Assembly: GCF_006345805.1 (NCBI RefSeq)
Contig: NC_043003.1
Location: forward strand, 70,432,001-70,496,000
Length of the DNA: 64,000 bases
Source: Octopus sinensis
Lineage: Eukaryota
Direction: 5' to 3'
Made by a program: the position numbers and the translations under genes. Of the stretch, positions 38,233 to 52,695 are shown one piece after another (position 1 is the first letter of the stretch; each line of letters opens with the position of its first letter). The notes under the pieces were generated by a model. The model did no database searches, had not been told where the DNA came from, and saw nothing but the letters and a program-made list of their open reading frames with translations.

Positions 38233-38776
38233 TGCTCTGATGCAATACCAGTCAGTGTTTCTCATGGCTGCTGATCTTAACTGATTGGAAGTGGTATCAT
38301 GTACATTGTCTTGGTATAAAAGATGGGCTACAGTAAATATTCTGCTCAATACCACAGATTTGCTTGTCAGTTGTTTGACCTTAACCAGTTGATAATGTTC
38401 CTTAGTGGCTGATGATATGTGCATCTCTGATCATGAGCAGAAGTAGTGGGGGAGCATCATAACCATGTGTTGAAAGGAATTCTTTGAGGTTGGATAATTC
38501 ACCTTTGGAAACATGGGTGGTTCGTTCAACATAATTAAATAATCCTTATTCAGGGACCTTTTAAGCGGGATGGGCTACACGACCAGAAGAAAATGGGCCC
38601 CACCTGCAAGGTCATGTGCTGTTTATCTTGATATGAGATTACCATGTCGCGCCGAACATATGGTTGTGATGCATGTGCCTAGTGTACCCTTATCAGACGG
38701 GTAGTCATGATGGGTATACTGGGCTTCGTATATTTGTACCCGTGTCACTTTGATGGAATGCACTGCTCTCTCACTC
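38233..38776 (+). mobile_element. Family F element, apparently full length
   Basis: Shares its 5' start with the 52696 copy and the common 3' end. Confidence 0.85.
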
Positions 38777-38854
<78 letters not shown>

Positions 38855-38857
38855 AAT

Positions 38858-39090
38858 AAACCAATTATTATTGGGTTCTTAGCGACAGTATCAGACAGCA
38901 TCAAGACGAACACAAAGGAAATAGGAGTTGAGTGCCCAGTAGAGCTGTTGCAAAAAAGGTTTACCTCCTTGCCACGGCCAGAATAATCAGGAAAATTATT
39001 GGATAGTTGAAAAAGAACAGCTAGCATGATACCGTAGGCAGTAAGTAGCAAGTCCGCTGTGCATGCAAGACTCCAGGAGTTACAATGAGA
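38858..39090 (+). mobile_element. R4/Dong 3' terminal fragment (distinct lineage)
   Basis: PIIIGFLATV..IGVECPVELLQK, then (frameshift) LLATARIIRK. Confidence 0.7.
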
Positions 39091-39944
39091 AAAAAACAGA
39101 AAAGAAAGAAATCTGAGTTAAAAATAGTAAAAATAACGCATCAGTATATTCGATTTCTTATATCCCAATTGTTTAAATCTATTGATTTGAATAATATCTA
39201 CTTCCTAATCCAATAGAACGGAGACACTTTTTAATTTCCTTTCTCAATAGATTTTTAAAAATAAAAGTGCAACTTTAGAGAGGTGAGAATAATATCAACG
39301 CCAGTACTTAAAAGGAAGAGAGGAGATTAATTCAATATAATTTCCTGTCACTAGCGATTCTGACGGTAAAACTTAGTCAGTGATGTGACAGCATCCATAT
39401 TAATAATAAATATTTCAATGATACACATTTAAAGAATGCAACAATTTCGCTGTTGCAATGAAGAAAATGAAATTTAGTGCACGTCGTTTGTCCATTAATA
39501 TGGAATGGCAGTAGCATATGCTACTGGCACTTATATTCAAGGAATGTGCCAAATCTACTTAGCATAGAAATGGTCCCGGAGGAGATATCAGTATGGTTTT
39601 AACTGCAAAAGAAAAATTGGAAAATATGCTAAAGATATTTAGTATTAACACGTTAACGACATTTTGCGGTAGCTAAGTCTCTAAAGCTGAATAATCTTAT
39701 TAACACATTTTAATAATGTTTCAGAGAGGAGGGGGTCAAGTTGAGTACAGCAACCTCAGTGTTCAACTAGTACATCATTTTATCGACCCCAAAAGGATGA
39801 AAGGCAAACTTCATTTAGGCGAAATTTGAACCCAGAACATAAAGAGTCGGAAAAAATGCCGCTGAGCTTTTTGTCCGACGCGCTGACAATTCTGCTAAGC
39901 TTGCCGTCCCAGATTTGAAATCAATTTGAAGTGAAGATTACATA

Positions 39945-40164
39945 CTCTTTACTCTTTTAATTGTTTCAGTCATTGGACCCCGGCCATGCTGGAGCACAGC
40001 TTATTAGTCGAGCAAATCGCCCCCAGGACTTATTCTTTGTAAGCCTAATACTTATTCTCTCGGTCTCTTTTGCCGAACCGCCAAGTTACGGGGACGTAAA
40101 AAAACCACCATCGGTTGTTAAGCGATGTTGAGGGACCAACACATTCACACAAACATATATATAT

Positions 40165-40204
<40 letters not shown>

Positions 40205-40236
40205 CACACACACACACACAACACACACACACACAC

Positions 40237-40272
<36 letters not shown>

Positions 40273-40436
40273 CGACGGACTTCTTTCACTTTCCGTCTAC
40301 CAAATCCACTCACAAAGCTTTGGTCGACCTGAGGCTATAGTAGAAGACACTTGCCCAAGGTGCCACGCAGTGGGACTAAACCCAGAACCATGTGGTTGGT
40401 AAGCAAGCTACTTACCACACAGTTACTCTTGCGCCT
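39945..40436 (-). mobile_element. SINE family A, flanked by family B copies (~39725-39908 and ~40470-40678)
   Basis: Full tail-to-head match with internal (CA)n(TA)n. Confidence 0.9.
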
Positions 40437-40927
40437 ATTGAACTGCGTCTATTGAACTAACATTGATTTTAAATCTTGGCACAAGGCCTGCAATTTGGGG
40501 GAGAGGAGATTAGTCAATTACAATGTTCCCAGTGCTCAACTGATACTGATTTTATCGAGCCCGAAGCGATGAAGGTAAAATCTACCTCGGCGGAATTTGA
40601 ACTCAGAACGCAAAAACAGGCCAAATGCAGCTCTGCATGTTGCCCTGCGTGCTATCCATTCTACCAGCTGGCCGCCTTATGGCAATAAATGATATTGATT
40701 ACTAGAATTACTCCAAAGTGGCATATTTTGGAAGTCGCTCCCAGTTTATTACTGGTACTTACTGAGCTAAGGTAGGAACGTTCTGGAAATGTTAGAAATC
40801 ATAAACCAATATGAGGATACATTAATTCATCCAAGTAGAATGCAACACTGCATTGTAATTAGATTCATCGAATTATTAAAAACCTTGCGGACGGAGATAA
40901 AACAACAGAAAACAAAACATAATCTTC

Positions 40928-41180
40928 GTTCTAGATTTAAGAGATGAGGAATTATGTACATTATTTACATTATTTACATTTGACGGATATTTGTCCTCAT
41001 CTTGTTTGTTGTTAACACAACGTCTCGGCTGCTATACTCTCCAGCCTTCACCAAGTGTCTTGGGGAAATTTCGAACCTGGGTTCTCATTCCTAAGGTATG
41101 TCATAGTGGTTAAGAGCTCAGCTACTAACTCCAAGATTCCGAGTTCGATTCCAGGCAGTGACCTGAATAATAATTATAAT
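40928..41180 (+). mobile_element. Second locus of the tRNA-head/hammerhead-tail element
   Basis: Inverted tail 40928-41099 (decayed core UUGGUGA..GAGAC) abuts the plus-strand head tagtggttaagagc..gagttcgattccaggcagtgacctga, followed by (AAT)n. Confidence 0.75.
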
Positions 41181-41522
41181 AATCACTTTTAGTCATCCAC
41201 AGCCATCTTTTTTCTCTGTCTGTCTTACCTTCAACATCCCTACGAAATTGACCATGCATTCTTTTCTTTACCCACCTATTTTCAGTTTCATTCGTTTTCA
41301 ATTTCTTGTATAGTGCTTTATCTTTGTAATCTTTCATCCTACATAAGCCTGACCTTCTTACTTCTAGTAATAGCGGTTATGTGGTATTTTTTACATACCA
41401 TGCTATGTTGTTTTCTTCTGCTCTAATGCTGTGTTCGCATCCAGTAAGTCCTCTTCCTCCTCTTTTTCTTTGTACATACAGTTTGTGTGTGTGACTTTTT
41501 GGTTGGAGTGACCCATATCTAG
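41180..41522 (-). mobile_element. R4/Dong internal fragment (post-RT region)
   Basis: PKSHTHKLYVQRKRGGRGL and WVKKRMHGQF..EKRWLWM, homologous to 53962-54370. Confidence 0.8.
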
Positions 41523-42699
41523 TTAGACAAAATACCGCTAAGCATTTCGCCCGGCGTGCTGACGTCTCTGCCAACTCGCCACCTTAGAACTGTATATAGT
41601 ATAGAGAGATCACAAGGCGGTGAGATGGTAGAACTATTAGCAATTCGTACGCCTCTACGTCTCGAGTTCGACTTTGCTTTTCATTCTCTCGGGATCGATA
41701 AAATTAGTACCAGCTGAACACTGAGATCGATGTTATCGATTTACCCACTTTCCAGAAGTTGCTGACCTTGTGCCAAAACTTGAAACCAACATAGAGAGAT
41801 CATGAATGTTGGGTAACGACCGAAAGATATGATGCGCGAACACGTGGGGCTGAAATAGGGTTCCCTCGAAGAAGGAGCAACGTTACCCGAAAGGGTGCGT
41901 AGCTCGATGTCGGTAAAATGTCGCAGGAAAGAATCGCAAGATGGATTCTTCAAGCCGAGACAACTAATCAGATCTAGAGATAGAAGATCGTGATGGTTGG
42001 ATAATATCCATAGTCTCAATTGGTTATTGGAATCCAGTATGAAATGTTAGTTGATTTTGACAGGACCCTGTGGAGCAGGCACCTGAGGACTCTGCTCCAA
42101 TGAACTTCGCAGAAATAATGGGATGAGAAGATGGATGGATGGATAAATTGATGATGGTCTCAGCAGTAAAAATTGCGACTTTAGATTCATTAGAGGAATA
42201 TTTAAAAATTTGCGGTGGTCTAATTATCCGTCTACTTTCGGTGAGAGGGACATATTCAATCAATATAGTACGTAACTAGCAAAATTATATGATTCTTTTT
42301 TTTTTCCGGCTAGAGTATTACCAAAGACAAAAGTGTCGTTGGTGTTAACTAACAGGGAATTAAAATGGAAGTGTTAAAATGGTATTCTTGTGGGGAAATA
42401 TTTTATGTTGTTATAGACATTTTCAGTCGTCACAATCTAAGATTTCAGATTTAATGACAAGCAGCTCGTAAAGGCATTTGATAGGTTTCTGAAAGAGTTA
42501 GGCAAATAATTTTCTCTCTCACTCTCTTCTTCCTCCTCTCGCCTTCTCAGACAATACATACATACATACATACATACATACATACATACATACATACATA
42601 CATACATACAATGAACGAGCCATGGATCTAGATTAGAAACCAGCTCGTTCTCTATTGGCAAGAAATCTGGATATAAAACTGAATAAAGACGTCTGTTTG

Positions 42700-43360
<661 letters not shown>

Positions 43361-43526
43361 ATCTATCTATACATACATACATACATATAGATATTAAAGA
43401 TAGATACGTGTATGTGTGTGTGAATGTATATATATATATATATATATATATAGATATATATATATATATATATATACATATGCAACATATATACATATAT
43501 ATATATATACATACATATATACATAT

Positions 43527-43573
<47 letters not shown>

Positions 43574-43720
43574 ATATATATATATATATGGATAAATAAA
43601 TGGAGTTTAACGCAGGTGTAAATCAAATATTTTTACTTTCGACACATGTTTCGAAATTACTTGTGAGATTTTTGCTACCCTGGTAACTATTTATTTATTT
43701 TTTCCGTGTTAATTGTTAAC

Positions 43721-43766
<46 letters not shown>

Positions 43767-43789
43767 TTAGATAAAACTTAAGTATGTTT

Positions 43790-44245
43790 CGACCAGAGAT
43801 TGGTCCAGGCCATGTCTAACTTAATAGCACCACCTGATAGGATTATTCGAATCCTGTTTAAGTCAAGTTTTGTTCAAGTAGTGAGTTCTTGTTGGTGAGT
43901 TGTATCCAGTTTTGTTCAAGTAGTGAGTTCTTGTTGGGTGAGTTGTATCCAATTATGGGTGGCTTATCTGGTATTCTTTGAAGGAATCTATCCAGACTCT
44001 GTTTAAAGTTGATGGGATCCTTTTCCTCTTTGATCTCCCTCGGGACAATGTTAAATAGGGCAGGGCCTGTTGAGGAAAAGAAATTATGTTGCAGTGTACA
44101 TGTATGTTGTGATCTTGAATTTGGCAGGGGACGTATAGCCCGTGGTCCAAGTCTTGGATGAACCTTGAAGCTAATGTTTAGGTCGTTTGGGCAAAGTTGG
44201 CGGTATATTTTCCACATCGTACAAATGATGTACCGCTCACGGCGG
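43790..44245 (-). mobile_element. CR1-group LINE ORF2 C-terminal fragment
   Basis: RRERYIICTMWKI..HPRLG..GPALFNIVP..FKQSLDRFLQRIPDKP. A ~41-bp tandem duplication lies at 43868-43951. Confidence 0.75.
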
Positions 44246-44530
44246 TATATATATATATATACTTACATGTAGCTGTATATAGCATCGATATATTTATATT
44301 TATGCAGGTAAATGAGCATATACTTACATGCGCGTGTCACATCAATATGAATGTATGAGCATGTGTATGCTATAAATAGACACATATGTATTTAGATATA
44401 CACATCAATGCATTTGAATGCATTTATGTATATATATATAAATACATACATATATATATATATATACATACACATATATGCATATATATGCTTATATATG
44501 TGTGTGTGTGTTTGTATGTGTGTCTAGTTA

Positions 44531-44846
44531 AGGCGCATGGCTTAGTGGTTAGGGCATTCGGCTCACGAGCTTAAGGTCGTGGGTTCAATTTCCGGCGACG
44601 CGTTGTGTCCTCGAGCAAGACACTTTATTTTACGTTGCTTCAGTTCACTCAGCTGGCAAAAATGAGTAGTACCTGTATTTCAAAGGCCCGGCCATGTCAC
44701 ACACCATGTCACGCTGAATCTCCCTGAGGACTACGTTAATCGAACACATGTCAGTGGAGTGCTCAGCCACTTGCACGTTAATTTCACGAGCAACGTGTTT
44801 CGTTGACGGTATCAGCTGAGACCCTCGACGTCGTACTGACAGTGCT
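44531..44846 (+). mobile_element. tRNA-SINE family D
   Basis: tggcttagtgg A-box, gggttcaattt B-box, gtgtcctcgagcaagacactt CORE-like segment, distinct 3' body. Confidence 0.85.
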
Positions 44847-44913
44847 CTATATGTATATGTATATATATATATATATACTTACATACACACACACATACAT
44901 ACATACTACATAC

Positions 44914-44986
<73 letters not shown>

Positions 44987-45042
44987 ATATGGTGCCCCGC
45001 ATGGCCACAGCTCATTAGCTGAAACTGGAAAAATCAAAATCA

Positions 45043-45123
<81 letters not shown>

Positions 45124-46545
45124 AGAGAGAGATGTGTGTGCGCGTGTGTAAAGGGGATTCATACAGCTTCACTTGAGAGTCAAACTGTGAATCTACTTGT
45201 AATTCTCGTTGGATACTTTATATATCTTCAAAAAAAAAAAAAAATGGTAAAAAACCTTGCTCCTCGGTAATAGTTATAATGAAAGCTCTGATATTGTCAT
45301 GCACTTTTCCTCCTCTACACCAAACTTTAGAAAGATCAACTTCAACAATATGTATACTACGACTAGCGAAGGATATCGTTTATCAATGTAAAGTTATTGT
45401 TCTGACACCGACAAATACTGGATATAACCCAACGCGAATCCTTTTAAGTCACATCTCGACCAAGAAAATGATATCCTCTTCACCAGCTCTTCACTTAAGG
45501 CTTCCGCATAGTCCTGATATATCTGGAAGGTTAAGAATGATCACATGATTTACACTGTAATGTAATATCTAGATATAAAGTTGGAAAAGAATAGCTAGGA
45601 GCAAATTCTATCATGGTGATTTCGGACTTTGGAATATATATTGATCAATGAGATTTGCCACATTTTTCCCTTTAAGCCAATCGTTATTTCCAATCTGCTA
45701 TTTCAGATGTACATCCAGCATCTCAGGCTAAATATAAATATCATGTCCCCACCATCCTTCGCCTTCACCCCAACAACCTATTTCAGGCTAACTTCCATCT
45801 GCACAAAACCATAACTACGAATCTACTCTCTCTCACCCTCTCTCCTCCCTCTCTCTCTTTTTCTCTTGCACATACACGCAAACATACTCACGCATACACT
45901 TGCATACACGCATACACACAAAATATGCATCCCACATCACCACTCTGTTCGAAGAATCTGTTGTTTCAAAATGCCTTATTTTACAGCTATGAGACGTATT
46001 ATTATTGTCATGATTTTATCTTACTATAATCACAAACACATTTCGTCAATATAAAAGTCTTTATTAGATTTAAAACATTACCAAAACATGAGGGTAAAAC
46101 AAAATAAATACACCTTATACACCGGAAAATACGGTAATTGCAGTGGCAGTGACAAGTTTACTCGCTGGCTGCTAGTTGATGGTGTAGAAGGGAGGGAAAG
46201 AGCAAGGAATACACGGTGCTGACTAGAAAGGAAGAAAGGATAAAGTCGGCATCGTTTTCCCTCGCCATACGAATAGAAGAGAGTGTGACATTTCGTAGAG
46301 ATGACCCGGAAGTTGTTCCTCTTCGATTACTATCACAAACAGCAGTAGCTTTCTTCAAACGAATACACGTCGTTGATTGGTTAAAATTACCCAAATACGA
46401 TATTTTTAACACGAAATAACTTCGAAAATACGAAATTTTGTCAAAAACGTTTCTACGTGAGAAATTCTACCAATATTCAAAGTTTCAAACTGTTTAGTTT
46501 AAAAAAATTGATTAAAAAATATGTGATTGAAATGGAATAGATCCT

Positions 46546-46601
<56 letters not shown>

Positions 46602-46603
46602 AA

Positions 46604-46683
<80 letters not shown>

Positions 46684-47099
46684 AATGTGTAATTCCATGT
46701 GCGTGTATCTGTGTGTATATGTGTATATCTGTTAAGCAGGAATGCATGTATCTGCATATTTCTATCATTAGTATCTGAAGATAATTCACTCCTGTTCGCG
46801 TCTTATCAACGACTGTTGATGAATTCATTATCCGGTCTGTATACACTTTGGAATCTGTGTCATTGCCATATCCGCTGGCTTTTATGTTGCGGCATGTATT
46901 TATATATAAATGCATCGCGCGCGCGCAGTATGTGTAATTGTATACTAAATATATGATGTGGTTTATGTTATTTGTCCTCTGCTTACGTTTTACTATTTCC
47001 ATCCTCTGCAGTGGGTATTCTAAGTGCTATTGGATGCTGAACTAAAACAGTTAATCGGGGTCGTTGAAGTTTGTGTTCGTGTGTACACACATGTGCGAC

Positions 47100-47141
<42 letters not shown>

Positions 47142-47224
47142 TAAGAGAGAGAGAGAAAGAGGGAGGCAGTTTGTATGTGTGCGGGTGTGTGTGAGTCAAT
47201 GTTATTCAGCATATTCTCCTTCTC

Positions 47225-47352
47225 AGATTCACATGCTTATTGAAGCGGTCCTTCTGTTTTTCCAAGCCCTGTAAAAGAACTCGGAATTCTGAGCTTCTAG
47301 CCAGGCGTTTATCATTAGCCTCAAACCCAGGAACTTTTCAGCACCCTTCGTA
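47225..47352. mobile_element. Mariner-like MITE half
   Basis: Matches 24995-25128 and ends aggaacttttcagcacccttcgta. Confidence 0.6.
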
Positions 47353-47394
47353 TTTATTACATGCAAGCGAGTGTGTTACCGCCGCCCTATCTGT

Positions 47395-47620
47395 AAAGGT
47401 GCGTGACCATGTGGTCCGGTGTTTCACTCCCGGTCACAAGATCGTTGTTAAGATTCCTGGACCGGGTGGCGCGTTGAGTTTTTGAGCAAACGCTTTATTT
47501 CACCTTTCCCCAGTCCACTCAGCTGTAAACTGTAACCCTGCGATGGACTGACGACCCGTTCAGGAAGAATGGTGTGTTCTCAGTCATGGAAATCGAGAAA
47601 CCGGTAATACGAGTCCAAGG
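47395..47620 (+). mobile_element. Diverged SINE: family D-like head plus V-like core
   Basis: tgagcaaacgctttatttcac..cagtccactcagctg followed by ccctgcgatggactgacgacccgttcagg. Confidence 0.6.
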
Positions 47621-47659
47621 ACTCGAGACAGCAATACCCAAGAGACTTAATTATTTATT

Positions 47660-47888
47660 TCTTTATTGCCCACAATGGGCTAAACACAGAGGGGACAAAC
47701 AAGGACAGACAAATGAGATTAAGTCGATTACATCGACCCCAGAGCGTAACTGGTACTTATTTAATCGACCCCGAAAGGATGAAAGGCAAAGTGGACCTTG
47801 GTGGAATTTGAACTCAGAACGTAGTGGCAGACGAAATACTGCTAAGCATTTCGCCCGGTGTGATAACGATTCTACCAGTTCGCTGCCT
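47660..47888 (-). mobile_element. SINE family B
   Basis: Reverse complement of 1541-1775. Confidence 0.85.
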
Positions 47889-49235
47889 CTAAGAGATTTA
47901 ATTAGTTTTACCCTGTCTGTGCAGCAAAAGTGAACACTATTTACAAACGAAAAAAGCTGCAGCTTTCTTCTGTGTCTTACAAAATTCTGTGAGTTTGTTA
48001 TTTTATGTGTGTGCGTCAAACTAGAACTATTGCTCAGGGGTCGATTAACACATCGACGGAAAATATAAAATGTGAATTAAAATTTCTTTACATGTCATTT
48101 GATTGCTTTATTCACCGAACTGCAGTCATGCTGGGGCACCAGCTTAAAGTTATTAGTCGAACAAGTCGACGCTATTACTTATTTTAAAGTCTGATATAAT
48201 TATCTGTCTAATTTGCCAAACCGCTGAGTTAACGGGATCGTAAAGACAGCAACACCTGTTGTCAAACACGTACACACACGCACAAACACACACACACACC
48301 ACACACACACACACATGCACGGGGTCTCCGAGTAATTTCTATGTATATAATTCTTTCACAAGATATTGTTCAATCTTTGGCTAAAGTAAAAGATATTAGC
48401 CCCAAGTGCCTGCCGCGCGTTGGGATTGAACTAGAAACCAAGTGGTTGGCAAAGCGACCCTCATAACCACACAGCCTTACTTTCGTTATGTTGACATCCA
48501 GCAAAAGTACAAAATTTATCATTTATTACAATCTTTTTTAAATATTCGAAGTTCTTTTTGAATGAAGATTACATTTCTATTCAATACCTGTCGAGGTTTT
48601 CCGATTCTATGACAAAAGATGATCTGACAAATAAAACATCATAAGAATGGCTTCGCATTTTATATAACTTTCTTTTGATTATTGTTGGATTTAAAATGAA
48701 AGTTAGATTCTTCCCGTGTTGTATGAAGTACAGAGAAGCGAAGAGAGATAACTTTCTAAGCTTAGCTGGAAGCGATTAACAGCACTTAAGATTCATTCAT
48801 AGGATTGGTTTATATAACTTGGCGACGCTTTGCTCGCTAAAATTGAAATCTGCATCTGTTGTTCGGTAGAATTGTTCCCTTACGTAGACAGGTCTCGGCC
48901 AAAAATAGCGAACGACTGTTGTTTCTAATCCCTGATTTGAAATGAAGTCCAACATTTTCTGTCACTAACGTAGCATGCGAGTAACTTTTTCCGACCGTTT
49001 TCTATCTTTTTCTATTTTGAGGATTAGGAAACCAGCGCATAGATATCTCTGTGAGTGTGTATGTGAGTGCATGCGCGCGTGCGTATGATATAATAATATA
49101 TGTATACACACACACACACACATATATATATATGTATATATATATACGTACATATACATACGTACATATGTATATATATATATATTTATATATATGTATA
49201 TATATATATATATGTATATATATACATATATATAT

Positions 49236-49280
<45 letters not shown>

Positions 49281-49495
49281 AGTATATATATATACATATA
49301 TCTATACATATATATCTATATATATATATTTATATATATATATATATATGTGTGTGTGTATATATATATATATATATACATATTTATATATATACATATT
49401 TATATATATACATATATATGTTCATATATGCATACAAGCATATATATGGATTTGGTAGATGGAAACTGCTTGGAATCCCGCCGTATATGTGTGTG

Positions 49496-49537
<42 letters not shown>

Positions 49538-50391
49538 CCATCTCTTGACAACGCCTTGTAACGTCCCCATAGCATAGCGTTTCGGCAAAGAGAAACCGAC
49601 AGAATAAGTATCAGCCTTAAAAAAAAGTAAGTGCTGGGGTTCGATGCAATGCACCAGTATGGCCGCAGTCCAACGACTGAAACAAGTAAAAAATAAAAGA
49701 GAAAGTACTGCCGTTATTGACATGTATATCATGCATCTAACATGTATGTTTTTCACATGTAGCAGGAGAACACGAACACCTTGCACAAAAAACTAGAGCA
49801 GCAACAAACGATTCGAATTACAGGAAGAAGTCAAAAAATAAAACATTTGCAGAAGCTCGAGGCCTTAGGAATAGGAAGTTGAACTTAAAGCGTACTTTAC
49901 GTGCAATAACCTACATCAATAATGCAGCTATGCAATTAAATCTCAAGTCGTTATATCACTGCCGAACAAATCCACTGATTAAAATGCGAATAATAATTGC
50001 TTCACTTGAGGAATCACATTTAATATTCCACTTGTTCGTATTCTAAGAATTTCTTCAAAATTAACAAACGCCCAATAAGTAGAATATAACCGGGGTACAT
50101 AGGATATGACATTTCGTTGTGTATATATTATAAATTAGAGGTAGGTATGCTCTGTATACGATACACTTCGTAGTGCTCAAGAGATTTAAAGCTGAGTAGG
50201 TTGCGGAGTAAATACAAGGAAATTTTAGTATTAAATGTATTTAACATGTTTGGTACATCAACTTTGCCTAAGTTGCTTGTCCTTACATTATCATGGCGGC
50301 ATATATATCTGTATATATATGCAGCCATGATTGACCGCTAGCTCCAAAAGTCTTTTTCTTTTGTTCGCTCTTTGTTTATTTTCTCGTGTTC

Positions 50392-50427
50392 CTTTCTGTT
50401 GAAGAGCATAGGCTTGAAACATAAAAT
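50392..50427 (+). ncRNA. Minimal hammerhead-like motif, one core change
   Basis: cuuu-CUGuUGA-a-GAGC(auag)GCUU-GAAAC-aUA-aaau. Confidence 0.45.
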
Positions 50428-50619
50428 ACTTTCTCACCCTTCTGAGCGTTAAACTAATGCACCTGTTTGTTATTTATACACCTGTCTTCGTCTTTTGTTT
50501 TTCTGCAAATTTTAACTATATATATATGTATATATATATACACCAGGCTTATAATAAAAAATACAGAGGACGTTTAGTTCCACTAAAACTTTCTTTGATA
50601 TATATATATATATATATAT

Positions 50620-50960
50620 ATTTAAATTTAAAATGAGAGTGAGAAATTAGATATTAATTTAATTAACATCGATTTCACACCAGTGGTCTAGCATATAAAA
50701 AAAAACTGAAGGTTCAGTAAAATTGTATTATATACATGTTGGAGGGAAACCCCTATGTGGATACCTTTATGCTAGAAATAGATCCGCTATGGTCTTACCA
50801 CTAAGAAATGTTCTCAAGAAAAATTTAGTAAAACAACCAAAGCGTAATCGAGCAAGACAAAAGAAAAAGCAATAAAATTATGGATTATTCGTATACATGT
50901 TTCACTATCAGCATATTACGTAATTTTACTTACATAAATGTCCGTAGATCATCGGTGCGA
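50620..50960. mobile_element. Dispersed repeat, probably Penelope-like, with a decayed minus-strand hammerhead (50889-50960)
   Basis: Left part matches ~14135-14225 (minus) and ~63470-63575. Motif ucgca-CcGAUGA-(long hairpin)-GAAAC-au-GUA-uacga. Confidence 0.5.
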
Positions 50961-51299
50961 CCGTCCAGATGAATATAATTTGCAGGACTGCATACTAGGA
51001 CATCCGCACAAAGTCAGATCTGTAAACAGTTCTACCCGGTACACTCGTGGTTACTATTTCAAATGTCCTCGTTTTGGCGCGCTAAATTACGAGGACATCT
51101 TCATCTCCAGTCTTGTATGTGTGTTTGGCAAGGATGGTTGCTATTTTTAGAAATAGGGTGAGAGGTTGATGGGTGGGGGAAAACATTCACATGATCTGAT
51201 TTCGAACAGTTTGTGGAATTAAAAGAATTTGTTTTTGTTTCTGAGCTAGTTTGTCATGGTTCGGTGGGTTTTGGACTGGATTTAGAGTTCAAGATGGTG

Positions 51300-51970
51300 T
51301 GAATGTGTGTGTGTGTGTGGGTGTGTTTGCGTGCGTGCGTATACAGTTCTATGTGTCTGTATATATATATGTGCTTGCACGAATGTGTGTATGGGTTCTT
51401 TGAGTGGTCTTAGAGTTCAGTGTGATGTGTGTTTGTGTATGGGTCCGTGTATGTGTGTGTTTTATATTTAGCAGGGTGGTGTTTGTATGTGTGCACGTTT
51501 GTGCGTGTGTATGTGTGTGCATGTCTATGTGTGTGCATGTCTATGTGTGTGATTTGTATTTGTCAGGGTGGTGTGTGCGTGCGCGTGTGTGTGTGTGTAT
51601 GTGTTTGATCATGTGTATTATATGTACGTCTGTGTGTGCGCGGGTTTATGTGTTTTGTGTTGGTCAGGGTGGTGTGCGCGTGTACGTGAGTATATGTGTG
51701 TGTGTGTCTCTCTGTGTATGTTTGTTGTGTTACAATTGTCCGGGTGGTCTGTGTGTCTGTGTGTGTGTGCATACGTATGTGTGTGGGAGATGCATATGTC
51801 TGTGAATGTGTATGAGTGTGTATGCTGTATTTGTCAGATGCTCTGTGTGTGTCCGTACGTTTTATGTTTATGTACTTTTCGGGGGTCTGTGCATCTGCAT
51901 GTGTGTGTGCTACATTTATAGTGGCGACGTGTGTGTGTGTGTGTACGTGTGCAATCGTGTGTATGTGTGT
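51300..51970. repeat. Degenerate GT-rich low-complexity tract
   Basis: Directly visible. A similar tract lies at ~56180-56830. Confidence 0.8.
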
Positions 51971-52695
51971 TATTTTTCTATGGTGTACTCTCTTTTACTC
52001 GTTTACTTGTTTCAGTCATTTGACTGTGGCCATGCTGGAGCACCGCCTTTAGTCGAGCAAATCGACCCTAGGACTTATTCTTTGTAAGCCTAGTACTTAT
52101 TCTATCGGTCCCTTTTGCCGAACCGCCTTTTGGGTCTTCTGGATACCAACGCCTCTCATTATATATATATATATATACACATACACACATACACATACAG
52201 GTACGCACACACACATACACATGCACAGAAACATGTATGTAAATGTGTGTGTATGTGTGTATGTATATAGGGCAACAGCACTAAGCTGTGATGTACATAA
52301 ATACAAACTTGTTACCAGTTCAAAGATGCTGGAAGTTTATTTGAACCCACAAAAGAAAAAAAAATAATTGTCTTTTCTCTGACAAATTACAGAGAATGGT
52401 TTTTCTTACAACTTGGAATGAACCCAAAGCATATTTGTACTGCCAACAATACTACCAACAAGGCAATTTTTTAATGTATATATGTGTAGATTTGTATGTT
52501 TTGTTTTATGTATGTCTTGACATGCTCATATATATTAAATTATGATAAACATCTGGAAAGTTTCACAGATTTTTAGGTTGTGCTGAGTCCAACATGGCGA
52601 GATGACTGGAAAAAAGAGAAGCTTGATGAAAAGTTGATAATGATAATAATAACAACAAAAACAACAACAACAACAATAATAATAATATTAATGAA

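Noticed and set aside
39509-39526. 18-bp perfect palindrome cagtagcatatgctactg resembling an EBNA1 site
   Set aside because: Single copy with no viral context, so likely chance or a DNA-transposon internal palindrome
45310-45355. Minus-strand HIVEVDLSK resembling the Merlin transposase VEIDES motif
   Set aside because: Too short, with no supporting flanking motifs or TIRs
46108-46137. pogo/Tc1-like terminal repeat taccgtattttccggtgtataagg (minus)
   Set aside because: No partner end found in the window
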